Shown one piece after another: positions 26,836 to 32,000 of a stretch of DNA of 32,000 nt (positions within the stretch are counted from its first letter, which is position 1; every line of letters begins with the position of its first letter). Under the pieces are notes generated by a model that was given only the letters and a program-made list of their open reading frames with translations, searched no databases and was not told the origin of the DNA. The position numbers and the translations under genes are program-made. Location of the stretch: contig CAVZTC010000009.1 in assembly GCA_963778135.1 (NCBI GenBank), positions 1,231,826 to 1,263,825 on the forward strand, in the 5' to 3' direction. The stretch is from an uncultured Actinomycetota bacterium. GTDB taxonomy: Bacteria > Actinomycetota > Actinomycetes > Mycobacteriales > Mycobacteriaceae.

Positions 26836-28700
26836 GCGTGATCTGGTGCTGTCCGACTGGTCCGGCGCCGGTGTGGGGGCGCCGATAGGGGTGGTGTCGG
26901 CGTTGCTGGCGGCCGCGGTGGCCGCTGACCCGGACGCGGTGGCAGTCATCGACGGCGAGCGGCAGCTGTCGTACCTGCAGCTTGATGAGTGCTCGACGCG
27001 GTGGGCTCGGGTGCTGATCGAGACCGGGGTGGGTCCCGAGCGCGCGGTAGGCGTGGCGATGGACCGGTCTGTGGAGTTGGTGGTGGCCTTCTGGGCGGTG
27101 GCCAAGGCCGGCGGGGTGTATGTGCCGGTGAATCCGGCGCATCCGGTGGCGCGGGTCGCGGCGGTGCTCGACGCGGCCGGGGCGGTGTGTGTGGTGACCT
27201 GTGGTGTCGACACCGTGGCCGGGGCCGGGGCCCGCCCGGTGCTGCGGATCGATGCTTCGGACGCTGCCGACGTGTCCGGGCGGAGCGCGCAGCCGATCAC
27301 TGACGCTGAGCGGCTGGCGGCGTTGACGGTGACTAACACGGCGTATGTGATGTTCACGTCCGGGTCCACCGGTGTCCCCAAGGGGGTGGCGGTCAGCCAC
27401 GCCGGTCTGCTGGGGCTGGCCGCCGCACTGCGGGCGGTGTTCGGGGTGGGTGCCGACGCGCGGGTATTGATGGCGGCCGCGCTGACCTTTGATGCCTCGG
27501 TCGGCGAGTTGTTGGTGGCGGTGGAGTCGGGGGCGGCGCTGGTGGTCGCGCCGCCGGAGGTGTATGCCGGTGCGGCGTTGACGGCGTTGCTGGACGAACA
27601 GCGGGTGAGCACCGCGCTGTTGACCCCGACGGTGCTGGCGACGCTGGATCGGGCCCGGCTGACCGGGCCGCAGGCGTTACACACGCTGGTCGCTATCGGG
27701 GAGGCCTGCCCGCCGGAGGTGGTGGACGCGTGGGCGCCGGGCCGGCAGATGTTCAACGCCTACGGCCCGACCGAGGCCAGCGTGTGGGCCACCTGTGCAC
27801 GACTGGTGGCGGGTCAGCCGGTCAGTATCGGCGCCCCGCTTGCGGGGGCGTGTGTGCTGGTGCTCGATGCCCGGCTGAACCCGGCCCCGGTGGGGGTGGT
27901 GGGCGAGTTGTATCTGGCCGGGCCTGGTCTGGCGCACGGTTATCTGGGCCGGGCGGGGTTGACCGCGGAACGCTTTGTAGCCAATCCTTTCGAGGACGCC
28001 GTTGGCCAGAACGGGACGCCGGAAACACGGATGTATCGCACCGGGGACCTGGTGCGCTGGACCCCCCGAGGTGACCTGGATTATCTGGGTCGCGCTGATG
28101 CCCAGATCAAACTGCGTGGGCAGCGTATCGAGTTGGGTGAGATCGAAAACACCCTGTTGGCGTGCCCGCAGGTCAGCCAGGCCGCCGCGGCCGTGCATCA
28201 CAGCGACACCGGTTCGCAGCTGGTCGCCTACATCACCGTGCAGCACCCCGCCAGCCCCGAGCGCGACACCGAAACCCTCGACGAATGGCCGCACCGGTAT
28301 GAGGAGCCGGATGGCGCTGAGGACACCACACTGAGCGCGGTGCGGGCGCGGTTACGTCAGTGGTTGCCCGAGTACATGGTGCCGGCACACATCGTGGTGC
28401 TCGAGGCATTCCCGGTCACGTCGTCGGGCAAGCTCGACCGTAAAGCGTTGCCGGCGCCGGTGTTTGACGCGAAACCGTTCCGGGCGCCGGCGACGCGGAC
28501 CGAGGAGATCGTGGCCGGGGTGTTCGCACAGGTGCTGGGCCTGGGTCGGGTCGGGCGTGACGACGACTTCTTTGCGCTGGGTGGGGATTCGTTGAGCGCC
28601 ACGCGGGTGGCCGCGCGGCTGCAGGTCCCGTTGGGCAGGCAAGTGCTGGTGCGGGCGTTGTTTGAGGCGCCCACCGTGGCTGATCTGGCCGACCATCTGC
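25470..28700 (+). other. NRPS module 4: C4-A4(no MT, scar)-T4
   Basis: C4 spans ~25470-26835 (HHIAIDG at 25879-25899; frameshift 2 at 26598-26600). A4 spans ~26880-28440 and is a paralogue of A2 ([31 protein letters not shown]). T4 spans ~28480-28700. Confidence 0.8.
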
Positions 28701-31700
28701 AGCGCCATGGCGGTGGGCCGGTGCGACCGCCGTTGGCGGTGATGACGCGTCCGGCGGTGGTGCCGTTGTCGTTTGCCCAGCAGCGGTTGTGGTTCCTGGA
28801 CCGGTTCGCCGGCGAGGTGGGCACCTACAACATTCCGGTCGCGTTTCGGGTGAGCGGGGCGCTGGATGTCGAGGCGTTCGGTGCGGCGCTCGATGATGTG
28901 ATCGCCCGCCATGAGTCGCTGCGCACCGTGTTTCCCGATCGGGAGGGTGTGCCGGTCCAGCAGGTGATACCGGCGTCGGCGGGGTTGTGGCGGCGCGGGG
29001 GTGCTGCGGTGGCGGCGGTGCCGCACGACGAGGTGGCCGCGGAGTTGGTGGGGTTGGCCGGGTATCGGTTTGATTTGGCCGGCGAGGTCCCGATCCGCGC
29101 GCAGATCTATGCGCTCGCACCCGAGCAGTATGTGGTGGGCATGGTGGTGCACCACATCGCGTGTGACGGGGGGTCGCTGGTCCCGATGGTGCGTGATGTG
29201 GCCCAGGCGTACGCGGCGCGCTGCCAGGGCGGCGCCCCAAGCTGGGCGGCGTTGCCGGTGCAGTATGTCGATTACACGTTGTGGCAACGGCGGTGGTTGG
29301 GCGAGGAGTCTGACCCGCACAGTGTGATCGCCGCACAGTTGGCCTATTGGCGCCAGGAATTGGCGGGGCTGCCGCAGGTGGCGTCGCTGCCCACCGATCG
29401 GCCGCGTCCGGCGGTGCCCAGTTACCGCGGTGATGCGGTGGCGCTGGTTATTGAGGCGCCGGTGTGGGCGGGGGTCACGGCGCTGGCGGCGGCGCACAAC
29501 GCGACGGCGTCGATGGTGTTGCAGGCGGTCATGGCGGTGGTGTTGGCCCGCGGCGGGGCCGGCGACGACATCGTGTTGGGTTCGGTGATCGCCGGGCGGT
29601 TGGATGAGGCGCTCGATGATCTGGTCGGGTTTTTCGTCAATACGTGGGTGTTGCGGGTCGGTGTGGAGGCCGGCGACCGGTTCGGTGAGGTGTTGGCGCG
29701 GGTGCGGCGCAAGGCGCTGGATGCCTACACCCATCAGGAGATTCCGTTTGAGTTGCTGGTGGAGCGGCTCAACCCGGTGCGTTCAGCGGCGCATCATCCG
29801 CTGTTTCAGGTGTGCATGGTGTTCCAGAACAATGCGCGCCCCGAGCAGGTCGCGCTGGACGGGGTCGCGGTGGAGCCGCTGGCGACGTCGACCCGGACCG
29901 CCAAGTTCGACCTGGATTTCCAGCTCAGCGAAATGCCCACCGGCGATCCGGGGGTGTCGATGGCCGCCGGGGTGGTGACCTATGCCACGGATTTGTTTGA
30001 CCGGGCCAGCATCGAGCGGTTGGTCGGCTGGTTCGGGCGGGTGTTGGAGGCGGTGATCGCTGATGCCTCGGTGGTGGTCGGCGACGTGGCGTTGCTGGAT
30101 GCCGGTGAGCGCGCCCGCCTGGATGGGTGGGGCAACCGCGCGGTGTTGACCCGGCCGGCCCCGACACCGGTGTCGATTCCGGTGCTGTGGGCCGCCCAAG
30201 TCGCGCGCATCCCTGAGGCGGTGGCGGTGACGTTCGAGGACCGCTGCATGACGTACCGGGAGCTTGATCAGGCCGCTAACCGGCTGGCGCATCTGTTGGT
30301 CGCCCAGGGTGTGGGTCCGGGACAGTGTGTGGTGCTGCTGTTTAGCCGTTCCATCGAGGCGATTGCGGCGATGTTGGCGGTGCTGAAGACGGGGGCGGCG
30401 TATTTGGCGATCGATCCGGGTCTGCCGGCGGCCCGGATCGGGGTGATCGTTGCCGATGCTGCGCCGATCGCCGCGGTGAGCACCGCCGGGCTGGCCGAGC
30501 GCCTCGACGGGTGTGTGCTGGTCATCGATGTCGGTGATATCTGGGCCCCCGCTGGTGACAGCCACCCGGTCGCCGCGTTGGCGCCACCGGCCGGTGAGGA
30601 CATCGCGTACATCATTTACACCTCGGGGACTACTGGTGCGCCCAAGGGTGTGGCTGTGGCTCACCGCAACGTGACCCAGCTGTTGGAGGCGCTGGATGGC
30701 GAGGTGCCGCGTGCGGGGGTGTGGACGCAGTGTCATTCGTTGGCGTTCGACTTTTCGGTGTGGGAGATCTGGGGTGCGCTGCTCGGTGGCGGGCGGTTGG
30801 TGGTGGTCTCGGAGTTGGTGGCCCGCTCACCGGAGGACTTCCATGCCTTACTGGTCGCTGAACGGGTCAGCGTTTTAAGTCGGACCCCGTCGGCGTTTTA
30901 TACGTTGCCGGCCCCTGATGCGCTGGGGTCTGGGCGGGCAGATCAGCTGGCGGTTGAGGTTGTGGTGTTCGGCGGGGAAGCGCTGCAACCGCAGCGTTTG
31001 GGGTCGTGGCTGGATCATCCGGGATCGCCGCGGCTGATCAACATGTATGGCATCACCGAGACGACGGTGCATGCGTCGGTGCGCGAGATCGGGATCGGTG
31101 ATGTCACCAGCATCGCCAGTCCTATTGGGGTGCCGTTGGCGCATCTTGGGTTTTTTGTGCTGGACGGGCGGCTCAATCCGGTGCCGGTGGGTGTGGTGGG
31201 GGAGTTGTATGTCGCCGGGTCGGGGTTGGCGTATGGGTATGCGCGCCGGGCCGGGTTGAGCGGGTCGCGGTTTGTGGCGTGTCCGTTCGGGAGTCCGGGG
31301 GCGTCGGGAACGCGGATGTATCGCACTGGGGACGTGGTGCGCTGGACTGCCCGGGGTGAGCTGGAGTACCTGGGTCGTGCTGATGAGCAGGTCAAACTGC
31401 GCGGGTATCGCATCGAGTTGGGGGAGATCGAAAACACCCTGCTGGCGTGTGCGCAGGTCAGCGGGGCCGCCGCTGCGGTGTATCACAGCGACACCGGTTC
31501 GCAGCTGGTCGCCTACATCACCGTCGGCGACACCGCCGGCTCCGAGCGTGACACCGAAAGCGTCGAAGAGTGGCACCACGACCCGCAGATCACCAGCAAA
31601 CTCAGCGCCGTGCGTGCGCAGTTAAGTGCATGGTTGCCCGGGTACATGGTGCCGGCGCACATTGTGGTGCTCGAGGCGTTTCCGGTGACGTCGTCGGGCA

Positions 31701-32000
31701 AGCTCGACCGTAAAGCCTTGCCGGCGCCGGTGTTTGACGCGAAACCGTTCCGGGCGCCGCGGACCCGGACCGAGGAGATCGTGGCCGGGGTGTTCGCCGA
31801 GGTGCTGGGCCTGGGTCGGGTCGGGTGTGATGACGATTTCTTCGCTCTGGGTGGGGATTCGTTGAGCGCCACTCGGGTGGCCGCGCGGCTGCAGGTGGCT
31901 TTGGACAGACGGGTGTTGGTGCGGTCGTTGTTCGAGGCGTCTACCGTCGCCGATCTGGCCGACCATCTGCAGCGCCATGGTGGCGGGCCGGCCCGCCCCC
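26600..32000 (+). CDS. NRPS segment 3 (end of C4, A4-T4, C5-A5-T5), open at the right edge
   Basis: Not in the ORF track because it has no stop codon in the window. My translation in the frame of position 26600 reads [64 protein letters not shown]... It continues through [28 protein letters not shown], two [11 protein letters not shown] motifs, [26 protein letters not shown] and [11 protein letters not shown]. It ends ...[14 protein letters not shown] at 31999. Confidence 0.85.
28706..31576. repeat. 2.87-kb direct repeat, copy 2 (T4-C5 linker, C5, A5 core)
   Basis: See copy 1. Identity ends abruptly at GAAGAGTGGCAC (23821-23832 and 31565-31576), the point where MT3 begins in module 3. Confidence 0.9.
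28747..31970 (+). other. NRPS module 5: C5-A5(no MT, scar)-T5
   Basis: C5 spans ~28747-30090 (HHIACDGGS from 29150). A5 spans ~30120-31700 and is near-identical to the A3 core. T5 spans ~31750-31970 ([11 protein letters not shown]). The window ends exactly where the earlier modules begin their next C domain, so at least one more C domain is expected beyond 32000. Confidence 0.8.

Larger units (their letters stand above)
13416..32000 (+). pseudogene. one giant non-ribosomal peptide synthetase gene (5 complete modules in the window, continues past the right edge); a pseudogene only if the two frameshifts are real
   Basis: Canonical NRPS domain motifs follow one another without a break across three reading frames. 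They join at 15527-15530 and at 26598-26600. The third frame has no stop codon up to position 32000. Segment and module entries follow. Confidence 0.8.

Noticed and set aside
16321-29734. Large minus-strand ORFs inside the NRPS (16321..17508, 19930..21990, 24397..26463, 28352..29734, 22039..22992, 29783..30736 and others)
   Set aside because: All lie antisense to a frame with continuous canonical NRPS motifs, and their translations are Arg/Pro/His/Gly-rich. They recur only because the NRPS DNA is itself repeated. They were useful as a check on repeat identity but are not genes.
16480-31990. Search for epimerisation, thioesterase or reductase domains
   Set aside because: Every T domain is followed within ~25 residues by the [11 protein letters not shown] start of a C domain, which leaves no room for an E domain. 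No GxSxG thioesterase or NAD-binding reductase motif appears before the window ends. The release domain, if any, lies beyond 32000.
13416-32000. Equating this gene with the known mycobacterial lipopeptide synthetases (GPL mps1/mps2 or the M. avium subsp. paratuberculosis mps1 lipopentapeptide synthetase)
   Set aside because: The context (acyltransferase-3, mbtH, starter C domain, five or more modules, internal repeats) is reminiscent of these. However, there are no E domains, two modules carry N-MT domains, and the A3/A5 code is Thr-like. None of these features fits those products as I remember them. The question cannot be decided without a database search, so it stays a comparison and not an identification.

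Overview
High-GC, mycobacterial-type DNA; the taxon call rests on a PPE-MPTR gene, an MbtH gene and a giant NRPS. The window has three zones. (1) 1-6.0 kb holds ordinary chromosomal genes. A minus-strand run encodes a BKACE/DUF849 fragment, an aldehyde dehydrogenase, a tautomerase-family protein and an HxlR regulator. It is followed by a divergent second HxlR regulator with a Cys/His-rich tail, an FHA-adenylate/guanylate cyclase fusion and a membrane acyltransferase-3 protein. (2) 6.5-13.4 kb starts with an mbtH-like gene and continues as a compositionally distinct, mobile-element-scarred patch. This patch holds a decayed IS3-family element, a low-GC PPE-MPTR gene broken by a frameshift and a decayed IS6-family element. 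It also holds a fused TMD-NBD ABC exporter and a second IS6 3'-end remnant in the same orientation as the first. (3) 13.4-32.0 kb is one giant NRPS reading frame that runs off the right edge. Its order is C-A-T / C-A(MT)-T / C-A(MT)-T / C-A-T / C-A-T. It is broken in this sequence by two single-base insertions in homopolymer runs. The NRPS is built from nested, near-identical kilobase repeats. Modules 4 and 5 are paralogues of modules 2 and 3 in which the embedded N-methyltransferase has been removed in frame, leaving scars. I consider the NRPS architecture, the MT excision scars and the IS6-bracketed exporter between mbtH and the NRPS the most interesting content. No rRNA, tRNA or CRISPR was seen. 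All calls come from reading the sequence and the ORF track by eye; no database search was possible.
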